From Raja brachyura (Eukaryota), in NCBI GenBank assembly GCA_963514005.1, contig OY740827.1:2480001-2544000 (forward strand): a DNA stretch of 64,000 nt. Reading direction: 5' to 3'. Below the pieces are notes generated by a model, which had not been told where the DNA came from, did not search any database, and worked only from the letters and a program-made list of their open reading frames with translations. This document shows, piece after piece, positions 10,898 to 22,827 of the stretch. Each line of letters opens with the position of its first letter. The stretch's first letter is position 1. Position numbers and translations under genes: made by a program.

Positions 10898-12414
10898 CAA
10901 AGTCAAAGTCAAAGTATCCTTTATTGTCATTCAGACCTTTGGGTCTGAACAAAATTTAATTGCCTTGCAGTCATACATATAATAAAAAACAAAACACACA
11001 ATAAACATATATTTAACATCCACCACAGTGAGTTCACCAGGCACCTCCTCACTGTGATGGAAGGCAAAAGTCTTAAAGTCCATGTCTTCTTCCCTCCTTG
11101 TTCTCCCTCTGCGCTGAGGTGATCCAGGCCTCCACTGGGCCCGCCGCCGAGCCTCCGAAGTGGGGCCGCCGCCGCCGGAACGCTGGAACACCGCCACAGC
11201 TCTGCTGCCGGGTCCGCCGCCGTCGCCGGAACGCTGGAACGCCACAGCTCTGAAGCTGGGTCCGCCACCGTCGCCGGAACTCAGGAACCCTGGAACGCCG
11301 CCACAGCTCTGAAGCCGGGTCCGCCACAGTCGCCGGAACGCTGGAACGCTGCCACAACTCTGAATCCGGGTCCGCCACTGTCGCCGGAACGCTGGAACGC
11401 CACAGCTCTGAAGCCAGGTCCACCACCGTCGCCGGAACGCTGGAACGCCGCCACAGCTCTGAAGCCGGGTCCGCCACCGTCGCCGGAACGCTGGAACACC
11501 ACCACAGCTCTGAAGCCGGGTCCTCCGCCATCGCCGGAACGCTGGAACGCCGCCACAGCTCTGAAGCCGGGTCCGCCACCGTCGCCGGAACGCTGGAACG
11601 CCGCCACAGCTCTGAAGCCGGGTCCGCCACCGTCGCCGGAACGCTGGAACACCACCACAGCTCTGAAGCCGGGTCCTCCGCCATCGCCGGAACGCTGGAA
11701 CGCCGCCACAGCTCTGATGCCGGGTCAGCCGCCGTCGCCGGAACGCTGGAACGCCGCCACAGCTATGAAGCTGGGTCCGCCACCGTTGCTGGAACGCTGG
11801 AACGCTGGAATGCCAGAGCTCTGAAGCCGGGTCCGCCACCGTCGCCGGAATGCTGGAACGCCACAGCTCTTAAGCCGGGTCCGCCACCATCGCCGGAACG
11901 CTGGAACGCCACAGCTCTGAAGCCAGGTCCGCCACCGTTGCTGGAAAGCTGGAACGGCACAGCTCTGAAGCCGGGTCCGCCACCGTCGCTGGAACGCTGG
12001 AACGCCGCCACAGCTCTGAAGCCGGGTCCGCCACCGTCGCTGGAACGCCGGAACGCTGGAACGCTGCCACAACTCTGAATCCGGGTCCGCCACCATCGCC
12101 GGAACGCTGGAACGCCACAGCTCTGAAGCCGGGTCCGCCACCGTCGCCGGAACGCCGCCACAGCTCTGAAGCCGGGTCCGCCGCCGTCGCCAGAACGCTG
12201 GAACGCCGCCACAGCTCCGAGGCCGCCAGCTCCCCTCCGAAAGTCACATCCCCCCCCGAAGGGAGAGACTAAATCCTTGTTTCTCCCACCCCCCACCCCC
12301 CCACACACACATACACAGCCTAATAAACTAAATTTAACTAAAACAGACGCAAGAAAAAAAGAAAGAACAGACAGACTGCGGGCGAGCCGCAGCTGCCAGG
12401 CAGCACCGCCACTT
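10898..12414 (-). mobile_element. Non-autonomous retroelement inserted in HERO ORF, carrying an expanded GC-rich VNTR
   Basis: Splits the HERO peptide ...KATEAER / KGLEALQAEIK. Has a (CAAAGT)n tail at about 10898-10916 and termini shared with 3855-4672. Confidence 0.75.
11165..12225. repeat. GC-rich minisatellite, ~48-60 bp unit (gccacagctctgaagccgggtccgccaccgtcgccggaacgctggaacgcc), copy A
   Basis: Directly visible tandem array, about 20 units, varying by 3-bp and 9-bp modules. Confidence 0.95.
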
Positions 12415-13659
12415 CTCCTACCTGTTCCTTTCTGCCTCTGTGGCCTTCCTCCACTGCTTTCTCAGCTCCCTCTTTTCTTTCACCAGTCTTTTGATCTCCT
12501 GCTGCCTCCTGGACTTGTACTGGAGTGCTGGTTCCTGCTGTGCCCTCTGTTTCATGACCTTCACCCCAAATCTCATCGCCCCATAGTTGTATATGGTGTC
12601 TCCCCACTTCTCCAGTTGTCTTTCCACACATCCCTTCAATCCTTCCAGAAGATGGACGAGGTCAGTGTTAATGGTCTCCCATTCTTTCCTCTGGCAGGAT
12701 TTAGGCCACAAGATTTCAGGCTTTTTCCCTTCCATCTTCCTCTCTACCGCTGACTGTGACTGGTTGGGCTCTGGACTCGTGTCTGTTGGTGGGACTGTAC
12801 TTGGTTGTGCTTCGCCTGGGGTGGTGATACCCTGTGGACTGTGGTGGTTATCCTGCCACTGGGCTTCACTCCACTGATTTGGCCACCTCTTAGGAAGTAA
12901 TGGTCAATGCGAGGCCCCACACCAAGCTCTCCCAGGCACTTTTTCCTGCCCCAAGTTGCACCAGCTTCTCGTTCCCAGCTAGCATACAGCCAACATTGTT
13001 TCCTTTATCATCGTTACTTGTTTTCATTCATTTGTTCTATATCTCTCTACATCACCGTCTATATCTCTCGTTGCCCTCTCCCCTGATTCAGTCTGAAGAA
13101 GGGTCTCGACCCGAAACGTCACCCATTCCTTCTGTCCAGAGATGCTGCCCATCCCAATGAGTTACTCCTGCATTTTGTGTCTCTCTTTGGTTTAAACCAG
13201 CATCTGCGGTTCCTTCCGACACTGTTTATGATTTGGTTTACTTTAGTTTAGAGCGCCTACACTAGGAATTATTTTTACTTTTATACCAAGCCAATGAATG
13301 TTTATAATTCCACATACCATCCACCCAGTGAGTGGAAGAGTTGCTCCTCAAGTTCCTATTTCATCTTTATTGCTATGTTACCGCGTCGCCGCACTAATGC
13401 AGAGAATCTTTGCTGGTCGGCACGGACATGATGGGCCGAAGGGCCTGTTTCTGGGATGTATCTCTAAACTAAACACATACCTAGTGTGAACAGGTGATCG
13501 ATGGTCATCGCGAACTTGGCGGGCTGAATGGCCTGTTTCCATGCTGTATCTGCACTGTATCTCTAAACTAAATTAAACTGACCCATTGAGTTACTCCAGC
13601 TTTTTGTGTCTATCTTTGGTTTAAGCCAGCATCTGCGGTTCCTTCTTCAACTAAATTTA

Positions 13660-16600
13660 CCCTCTCAACCGTAAACCCTCGTGATAACAGACCACTTTAT
13701 GACAGATTTTACTGTCCGGCTTATCAAGGTAACACGGCAACAACACACCCCACGCCTCTATCGACAGCAAGTGTTTCACTGAAGCTGGTGGCAGCTTCAA
13801 AGCTGGGCACAGGTCTTTCAGGCCAAGGCCCAAACCGGTCCTAAGGGAAAATATGGGAAACACGCACCCCAACAATCCTACTCTCCAAATCTGGGACGGA
13901 AATAGAACCCACATCAGGGGCCTTTGGGCTTACCACAAGACCACCAATAACCATGAAGGTAGGTGGGTCTGGTTCTTTCCGAAATATGAGGTATGTGGAC
14001 CATTTACAAGTTGGTAAAATTTTCACTTGTTTTGTGCATATGATCTATTTATAAACTAAAAGAAAATGAGATCAGTTTTATACTACACAGTGTACAAGCG
14101 AGACAGAGTTCCCTTTAAAGACAAGCCCGCAGTTGCGGCCTGCTCATTGTCACAATGGAAGATACCGGTTCAACTGGCATGTGCAGTATAGACATTTCTG
14201 AATAGGAAACTTCATTAATGTCTAACAACTGAGGAACAGTTTCCACTCACAGGGCTCACTGAAGATATTTGAAATTTAGCTGGATGGAACAATGATACAG
14301 TTAAAAGCGTTGCAAAATGGGCTAACTTCAGCCCCAGGCTATTTACCAAATTACTAAAACCAGTGCTTCGGATGCTCAGACTAAATAAGCTATTGTTATG
14401 GCCTATCTGGATGATGCTCTAAACACCGTATTTTGCCAAATTAGCGGTATCAGCCACAAAACTATATTTCAGAAATTGGGTTCTCATCCATCCAGTTAAA
14501 TTGATACCAACTAAAATTATTGAGTATTGAGTATTGGGATTTACCTTTAACTCAATTAAATTGTCTAGGAATTGGCAATACATTGGCTTTCAGCTGAGCT
14601 ATTTGGGCCTTTGCATTATCAGAGCTCTCCAGTGTGCAAAGGAGTAAGCTCTCAAGTACCATTTCGATCATTGCTACCAGAACTATGCTATTCCCAGCTG
14701 AAACTATTGCTCAAAGATGGAAAATTACTAATACCACCTCTAGTTACGGAGGCAGATGGGTTTGCATGAGTTACCAATTATTCAGTTACATGGTATCAAC
14801 TACCTATACAAACTAGGTGCATTCCGTGGATTAAAGGGTTTGTGCGAATATGCATAATCTGCATGGTCAAGTTTAACTTGATACACTCTGGTACTGTTAT
14901 ATGTTAATCACATGGGTGCAATCAAGTCAAAGTATCCGGTAATAGTTTACCTAACTTCATTTGACATTGGTGTATCATCATGTAAAGTCAATGACTACAC
15001 AGAATGGATGTTGGATCATGACTTCCGGTGGCGCTAATGGTGGAGTAGGGTGAGTGCCAGCTAGCTCCACGCGAAAAAAACGAAAAAAAAGGGGAGTAAA
15101 ATAAAGAAGTGACCTGCAGAAATCGCTTCGGCAGCCTGCGTGACATCATCAGACCGCGACTCTGGAGACCTAATGTCGGTAACTCGCTCCCCCACAAAGG
15201 AACCGATTATAAAAACTACAAGAGGAAAACAACCGAAGGAGGAAGTAAGCCTGACTGAAGCCTCGGGCTCAGTTTTAACGTCGTCCCAGGTGGGAGTCTC
15301 AAAAGCCCAGAAGACAAAGATAAAGAAAAGTGAAATGGAGGAACTTCACAACTTCATCGTAAGGGAAATTGCAAGTATAAAAGAAGAATTGATAAGCTTT
15401 AAAAAAGAATTGAATATTAAAGAAATACTGAAAAGTCTTAAAAATGAGATTAAAGACAACTTCTTAGAGTTTGAAACTAAAATGACTAATCTTGTGCGCA
15501 TGAAACTGACTAATATGAAGGAGGAAATGTCAGTAAATTTTGACTTACAAATCAATGAAGTAAACGAGAAAATTAAGTCGAATTAAACCAACTTTAATGA
15601 TAAGCTGGAGTCGACCTTCACTGCAATGGGTCAACAACTGGGCCAGCAAGCTGACGCCATAACTCACTTGGAACAAACTACAGAGACACTCCTTGCCGAG
15701 AACAAGCGTTTATCAGATTTACTGCATAAAGTAATTGAAAAATGTATTGACTTGGAGGGCCATCAGAGACGTCAGAATTTAAGAATTGTGGGTGTTCGTG
15801 AGGGTAAAGAAGGAAATAAAGATCTCCATGACTTTGCCGCAGACTTATTAAAAAAAGTTTTGAATTTAGATCAAAAGCCCTTATTAGGGCGGGCACACAG
15901 AGTTCGTGGACATCGCTCAGATCCGAACGCCCCCCCAAGGCAGCTGATAGTGAAGGTCCAATACGTTCATGTTTTGGAGGATATCATGAAAAAAATTGTT
16001 GCCACAAGAAATCTTATGCTTGATGGAGACAAAATAAGCATATTTCGAGATTACCCTGCAGAGGTGGTCAGAAGGAGAGCGCTATTCAATGAGACAAGAG
16101 GGATTCTAAAGACAACTTGAAATATGGATTGCTGTACCCTGCAAGATTGAGAGTCACTTATCTGCAGAAGGAACAGTTTTTCACTGATCAGAAGAAAGCA
16201 TTGGCGTATGCCCAGAAGATTGTGGATTCGAGTGAGGACTGAATAACATTCATATAATATCGTCATCCTGCTGAGAATAAATGGAACTTTAATTCGCTTT
16301 ATTCAAGGACTAATGAAAGTTGATAATGATAACTGCGCAGTCCTTCCTGTTATGGACATATTATTCTAATATTTTAGTACTAATTTTTACTAACAATTAT
16401 TAATCATTAAAAACACTTGTTATTATTATTGGAATAATTAGTTGAATACAAGAAATGTTTAAAAAAAAAGGTATAATTTAGATATCTTATTAATTGGAAT
16501 TTGTTATATTCGATATCTTATTAATTGGAATTTGTTATATTCTTCCTTTATTTACATCAGACTAACACTTGACTAATGATTAACTAAGAGAGTAATAGTC

Positions 16601-19600
16601 TCTCACTATATGATTACTAACACTCTGGACCAAAATAGTTTTAATTCAATCCCGTAAATTACTTATATTCAAATTTTTTTTAAAGCGTGGAGCTAGGAAT
16701 ACATTCTTTTTCTACAGAAGATGGTCAGCCACGTTAGTGTGGCTAGCACTAATTATACTGAATTTAGATGTAGTTTCTTTTTTTCCTTACACTTTATTAA
16801 TTTTTTATCTTTTTACTTTTTGTATTTTTTACTTAATTACAATTTTAAACTTGAATTAATTTACAAATATTATTTGAGGAGATGTGTCCGTGAGGAAGAT
16901 TTAATTGAATTAATTTTACAACTCATCTGTCCTGTGTTCGGGTGGCATGTCGGGTTTACAGTGCTGAGCTATCTGCTCTTTTATAGACCACCCTAACCAC
17001 AAGATGCAAGACGTTAATAGAAAAATCGAGGGTCAAGGAATTACTTTTTGTAGTTGGAATGTTAAGGGAATTAATGAGTCAATCAAGAGAGGTAAGGTAT
17101 TAGCACACTTAAAATCACTCAAAGCAGACATAACATTTCTTCAAGAGACGCACCTTCAAAACGACGCACAACATAGATTGAAAGCAAAATGGATCGCTGA
17201 AACATATCACTCGTCATTCTCTCATAAGGCCAGAGGTGTCGCAATTTTAATTCGTAAAGGTATACCTTTTAAACACATATCAACTATGGAGGACACCAAT
17301 GGTAGATATATTATACTAGTGGGTGAATTATATTTTAAAAAAGTGATTTTTCTCAATGTCTATGGACCAAATTTTGATAATCCTATGTTTTTTAAGAATA
17401 TACTTAATACTATCCCGGAGCTCACACAACATAATTTGATAATCGGTGAAGATTTAACTTGTACACTAGATTCCTATCTTGATAGATCATCAAGACAAAG
17501 CAAAGCAAAATCCAAGACGCGAATTATTAAACTCATACATCAATACTACCAATATCAAGGATGTTTGGAGAATTGAAAACCCATCTGGAAGGGAATACTC
17601 ATTTTACTCATCAGTGCATAAAACCTATTCAAGGATAGACTACTTTTTAGTAGATTCTAAACTTATCCCATTTATTTATAATTCGAAATATCATAATATT
17701 ATAATTTCAGACCATTCTCCTTTAACATTTATGATCAAACTAAGTGGAATGACTGATAAGCAGACACAATGGAGAGTTAATCCTCAAATTTTAAATGATA
17801 AAGCATGTTACGAATAACTTATCAAACAGATAAAAATTCCTGCACTCAAATATAAATTAAACCCAATATGCTCAGACCAAATCATAAAATTTTATCAAAA
17901 GACTAAACAGTTACACTTTGAATTAGGTGATAAACCACAAACATTACTGGCACGCCAACTCCGGAAACAGGAAGGGGAAAAAACAATACATAAAATTAAA
18001 GCAGATACGGGAGAAATATTAACACTACCCAAGGATATTAATGACAGATTCTCTCACTACTATCAAACACTTTACTCAACCAAAACGGCAGTGGGTTCTG
18101 CAGGAATGGAATTATTCTTACAGAATTGTAACCTTACTGGTTTAGACTTGAAAGAGAGGGAATTATTAGGGGCTGAAATATCAGTAAAAGATATTGAAGA
18201 ATCTATTATTTCTTTAAAAAATGGAAAGGCCGCTGGCCCAGATGGTTTAAATAGTGAATTTTATTAAAAAATTCATGATTTAATCTCGCCACGCCTACAG
18301 ACATTATATACTCAAGCATTCATGCAACAGAAACTTCCAGAAACTTTAAATGAATCAACAATAATACTTATACCAAAAATGGATAAGGACCTTGAAGACC
18401 CAGGTTCATATGGAGCAATTGCTCTTTTAAACACCGATCAGAAAATATTAACCAAAATTTTAGCACATAGATTAAGCTTAGTGATTCATAAATTAATACA
18501 CCCCGATCAAACTGGCTTTATTCCAAAACGTTATTCATATTATAATCTGAGACGATTATTTAACATTATATGCTCAAATCGAATAGCTAATGTAGATTTA
18601 GCAGTCATTTCACTAGATGCTAAGAAAGCATTCGATCAAGTTGAATGGCCCTATTTATTTTCGGTGATGGAAAAATTTCAATTAAGTTTTGTACATGGGT
18701 TAAGCTTCTATATACCAACCCAACAGCCAGAATAATGACAAATCAAATGTTATCAAAAAAAATTGATTTATCTAAAGGTTGTAGACAAGGATGCCCACTA
18801 TCCCCGTTACTATTCACCCTTGCTATTGAACCACTAGCAGAAAGAGTTCGAGCACATCCAGAAATATATGGGTATAACACTAAAAATACAGTTAATAACA
18901 TTTCTCTATATGTAGATGATGTATTACTATATATTACAAATCTAGAAATTAGCATCCCTAACCTGTTAAATCTTATAACTCAATTTGATTTATTCTCGGG
19001 ATACAGAATCAATTGGAATAAGAGTGAGATTATGCCAATAATGGAACCTAATTTATATATATTGCAACAATCACCTTTTAAAATAGTGAATGAAACATTT
19101 AAATACTTAGGAATTTATGTGTCCAAGAAATATACTTCTTTATTTAAATCAAATTTCGTACCTTTACTTAATAAATTGCATAAGAATATTCAATATTGGA
19201 AAACACTTCCCTTTTCAATGCTCGGTAAAATTAATGCTATTAAAATGATTTTCCTTCCTCAACTTCTATACCTCTTTCAATCAATTCCGATATATCTCTG
19301 TAGAAATGTCAATGTCAAAAACTTTCTGGTTGGAAGATATGGATTAACAACCAGACTGGTTAAAGATGGAAAAGGAGGATTGTCTGCCATTTAAAATTGG
19401 CCCGATTCTGTTAACTCCTTCAAAATTGAATTAAAAAATCCAATAATACATAGTGGTATTCGAATTTGGAAACAAATAAAAAAGACGTTAAAATTGGATA
19501 ATTTATCACTTTCGCTCCCTATTGCAAATAACCCTTCATTTAAGCCTTCACTATTGGATTAATTTTTGCACAATGGAAAAATTATGGAATTAAAAAGATG

Positions 19601-22298
19601 GGACATCTTTATATAAAAGGTGTGTTTCTTTCATTTCAGGGGGTACAACAGAATTATGGATTACAATCAAACAATTTTTTTAGATATTTACAACTGAAAG
19701 ATTATGTTAAATCACATACACAAGAATACAGAACTCGAGAGCCAGAGATTCTAGATGAATGTTTGAATAAACACTCCAACACAGTCAAATTAGTATCTTA
19801 CATTTATAATATTCTTTTAGATAGTGAGAATCCGTCGACGGAATTACATAGACAAGCATTGGAAAATGAATTAGTTCAACCCATAACGAAAGATATTTGG
19901 GATGAAAGTTTACAACATATACATCAATGTTTGTTAAACACCAGACATTCTTTAATACAATTTAAAATATTACATAGATTGCATTATTCTAACACAAAAT
20001 TAAATAGCATTTTTCCTAATATTTCTCCTATCTGCGATAAACGTCAATATTCTGAGGCTAATTTAACCCATACCTTTGTCAGTTGCATGAAAATGAAAAC
20101 ATTTTGGGTGGATATTTGTTTAATTATTTACGTAGTGGTTAATACCCAACTGGAGCCCGATCCTAAATTAATAATACTGGGCATATCTGAACAATACCTA
20201 AAACTTACAATAAACCAAAGAAATTTCCTTGATTATAGTAAAATAACTGGGAAAAAATTAATATTAAAATTTTGGAAAAACCCTGCATCCACCACACTCA
20301 AAATTATGGAGATGTCGGAGACATTAAATCTGGAAAAAATTTGATTTGTCTTAATTGACAAACCAGAATTATTTACTAGAATATGGTCTCCGTTCATAGA
20401 TTATTTGAAGGGGTAGAATGGGCCGACGCTGATACCTGACGGAAGCTTGAACCCAGGACTAGATGAATAGTTATGTTTTCTTACCTACGGACCTATCTCC
20501 TAAGTTGTATTATGGATAGTTTATTCTATTTTTCTAATTTTCTTTTCTTTTTCTTTATTTTTTCTATCTATTAAAAAAAATAATAATAATTAGAGTCAAT
20601 GTTAATATGTAACCGATAAACGAAGACTCCAGCTACATTGGTAGTGGAGTCCCTGGAATCCTGGATATTTAATATGTAACCGTTTAACAAAGTTTGTAGT
20701 GGTTCGGACTATGATATGTACATGCCTCAAATAAAATTTAACTATATAAAAAAAAAAGAATGGATGTTGGATCACAAGTATTCAATGACATTGTGGGCTT
20801 GATGGAACACCAAAAGATCGAGATGTTTGCATCTAGGCTCTATCACCAGTTGCAAAATATGTGACATATCAGTGGCGATGGATGCATTCTCGCTACACTG
20901 GGGAGGAATGTTCTTTATGTCTTCCTCCATTTTGCCTCATCAGATGGGTCTTGCAAAATTCAGCAATTTCCCGCTTCAGGCATTTTCGTAGTGCTTGACT
21001 GGCCTATACAGCCATGATTGCCACTGATGTTGGGAATGGGAATAGAACCTTATATAATTATTTCAAGACACAAAAATTGTGGTTAGCCATGACTCGGGAA
21101 ACCATCCTCTGCATTATATAATCAATTCATTGACTTGCAGATTGGGAAGACCATTCCTGGGGCTCAGGCTGTTGAACCAAACCATGGATGTGCTCACTGC
21201 AAACGCAGGGATAGCACCAAATAAGCAGCACTTCCTCATAAGGAGATGGGAAGTATTTTTGTTTTATACTAATATTACCTATCATTCTGCACGGATGACT
21301 GACGTCTTGAAGTTCAGTGCTGTATGGGGTTTGACAATCATTAATTTAAAGTGCCATTTACTGTGCCTAACGTGCCTTCTCATCATATTGTCTACAGAAA
21401 GCAGAATCCACTCTGTCGGGTCTCACCTTCTGATATCTAGATTATGAAGGGCATCTTCAACTCGAAACCTCCCAGACCAGGTACGCAGATATATGGGATG
21501 TTAACATTGGAACATCCCTGTCCTTGGTCAAACTCACTTACAAAGTGGTTATGCTCATGGCGCTGAGAACAGCGTAACGGGTCCAGTCTTTGCATAGCCG
21601 TGACTGGACAGGATGATTATATCTGCAGGCAATATAACATTTATGTTTATGACTTAGTCAAGCAAATACACCAGGGATATCAGGTCTCAAACTAGATTTG
21701 TTGGCATATCCCATGGACCTTCGGTTGTGTGTGGCCACACATCTACACCATTATGTTAAGGCCACTAGAGCCTTAGAGACTCTGAACTAGCAATGTTTGT
21801 TAAGTCACATAAAGCCCCATAAGAATGTATCACTACAGACCACCTCCAGGTGGTTAAAATGGGTTCTGGGTTACAGGAGTGAACTCTGACATTTCAAGTC
21901 TCACTCCACCTAGGCTGCAACAATATCAGCAGCAGGGTTATGAACGTTTCACGGGACCACATCCTAGCTGCTGCAGGATGGTCAAACGAATGATCTTTTC
22001 AAAAACATTTTAGAACTAACCCATTGCCAGACCGGGGGTATTTGCCAACTCTATTTTAGGTCCTGTTTATAGTTTCCTCCCAGTTGAGGAAGGTTACTAT
22101 TATCATTATTTGTTCATTAAAAGCATCAACATGTCCATATCTATGTCATGTCTGAATGCATTATTAATGTTCACTCATCATTAGCCAACTGATGCAGTGT
22201 GTGGACTCATTTCTACGGCATGAAATCACAGAGCTTTGAAATCTTCACGAAGTCACTCACGTGACTCCGAAGTAAAATAGTAAGATTAAACGAGAACT
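13660..22298 (+). mobile_element. Old degenerate DIRS1-like tyrosine-recombinase retrotransposon, split by an L1 insertion
   Basis: 14320-14415 reads GLTSAPRLFTKLLKPV...MAYLDD. 20775-22070 has decayed methyltransferase-like and YR motifs (FKSHST, ILAAAGWSNE). 22232-22298 matches the 3' region of the younger DIRS at 25867-25933. Confidence 0.8.
15020..20756 (+). mobile_element. Full-length but inactivated L1-clade LINE with target-site duplication
   Basis: TSD AGAATGGATGTTGGATCA at 15001-15018 and 20757-20774. ORF1 (about 15140-16240) has LEGHQRRQNLRIVG. ORF2 (17004-20416) has APE motifs SWNVKG, LQETH, RIDY, SDH and RT motifs GCRQGCPLSPLLF, YVDD. AATAAA and poly-A at the 3' end. Multiple stops and frameshifts. 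Confidence 0.95.
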
Positions 22299-22347
22299 AG
22301 TTAATTAGCGGATCCTGAAACTCCTCACGGCCGGGATTACTGCCTTT

Positions 22348-22827
22348 GTGCGGTCGGTCGACGGAGAGGAGCTTAATTTGGACCAGGAGGATGCTCTGGC
22401 GCTTCTATGCGCTACTCAAAACGAAATCAACGGCTTTCGGAAAAATAACATCCGCCCAGCGCTCAACCCCAAATTTGCAGGGTTGTGCAAACCACCGCCG
22501 CCGCCGCCGCCCCGTCAGCTCTTTGGCGAAGACCTTTCCAAAAGGGTCAGAGAACTTGATGAACAAGCCAAGACCGTGGGGCTCATGCGCTCTCAGAGTG
22601 CCCCCATGCCATCGAGCTCCAAAGCTCCGCTTGGCCGCTCACGAGGGTCTGTCAGCACGTCTACCAGGAATTACCCTCCAGCTCCAAACCGATATCAACC
22701 ACCCCAACCACAGGGGTCTTTTTTAGGACAGGCTCGGCAGAAGCCGAGATGGAAAATGAGGACGCCACAACCTCAAACCAACCCAGCACCTCTACGTCCA
22801 CCCACTCGTGTCAGGGACCGCCGGTAA
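22348..22827 (+). CDS. DIRS gag-like ORF, C-terminal part
   Basis: RKNNIRPALNPKFAGLCK...LFGEDL motif; overlaps the pol frame as in DIRS elements; 5' part missing. Confidence 0.65.
   Translation: MRSVDGEELNLDQEDALALLCATQNEINGFRKNNIRPALNPKFAGLCKPPPPPPPRQLFGEDLSKRVRELDEQAKTVGLMRSQSAPMPSSSKAPLGRSRGSVSTSTRNYPPAPNRYQPPQPQGSFLGQARQKPRWKMRTPQPQTNPAPLRPPTRVRDRR

Larger units (their letters stand above)
8215..12900 (-). mobile_element. HERO-like non-LTR retrotransposon (RT + restriction-like endonuclease clade), decayed and interrupted, copy A
   Basis: RT motifs SAPGPNGIPY, QKAGVRGFSGCLEH, VFLDLANAF.SVPH, GIMAGCTISPLVF and AYMD(D/N). C-terminus PVEVGCRGF...WLWLKRKD. In-frame stop near 9497 and two insertions. 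Confidence 0.85.
2500..18300 (+). repeat. Segmental duplication, copy A (paralogous to ~47070-64000)
   Basis: Colinear matches: 3620/48177, 6246/52004, 8244/54077, 13298/58989, 15140/60831 and 17004/62706. Offset about 44.6-45.8 kb. Confidence 0.95.

Noticed and set aside
11165-12225. Resemblance to a CRISPR array
   Set aside because: Contiguous tandem units with no unique spacers, no cas genes, and a vertebrate context.
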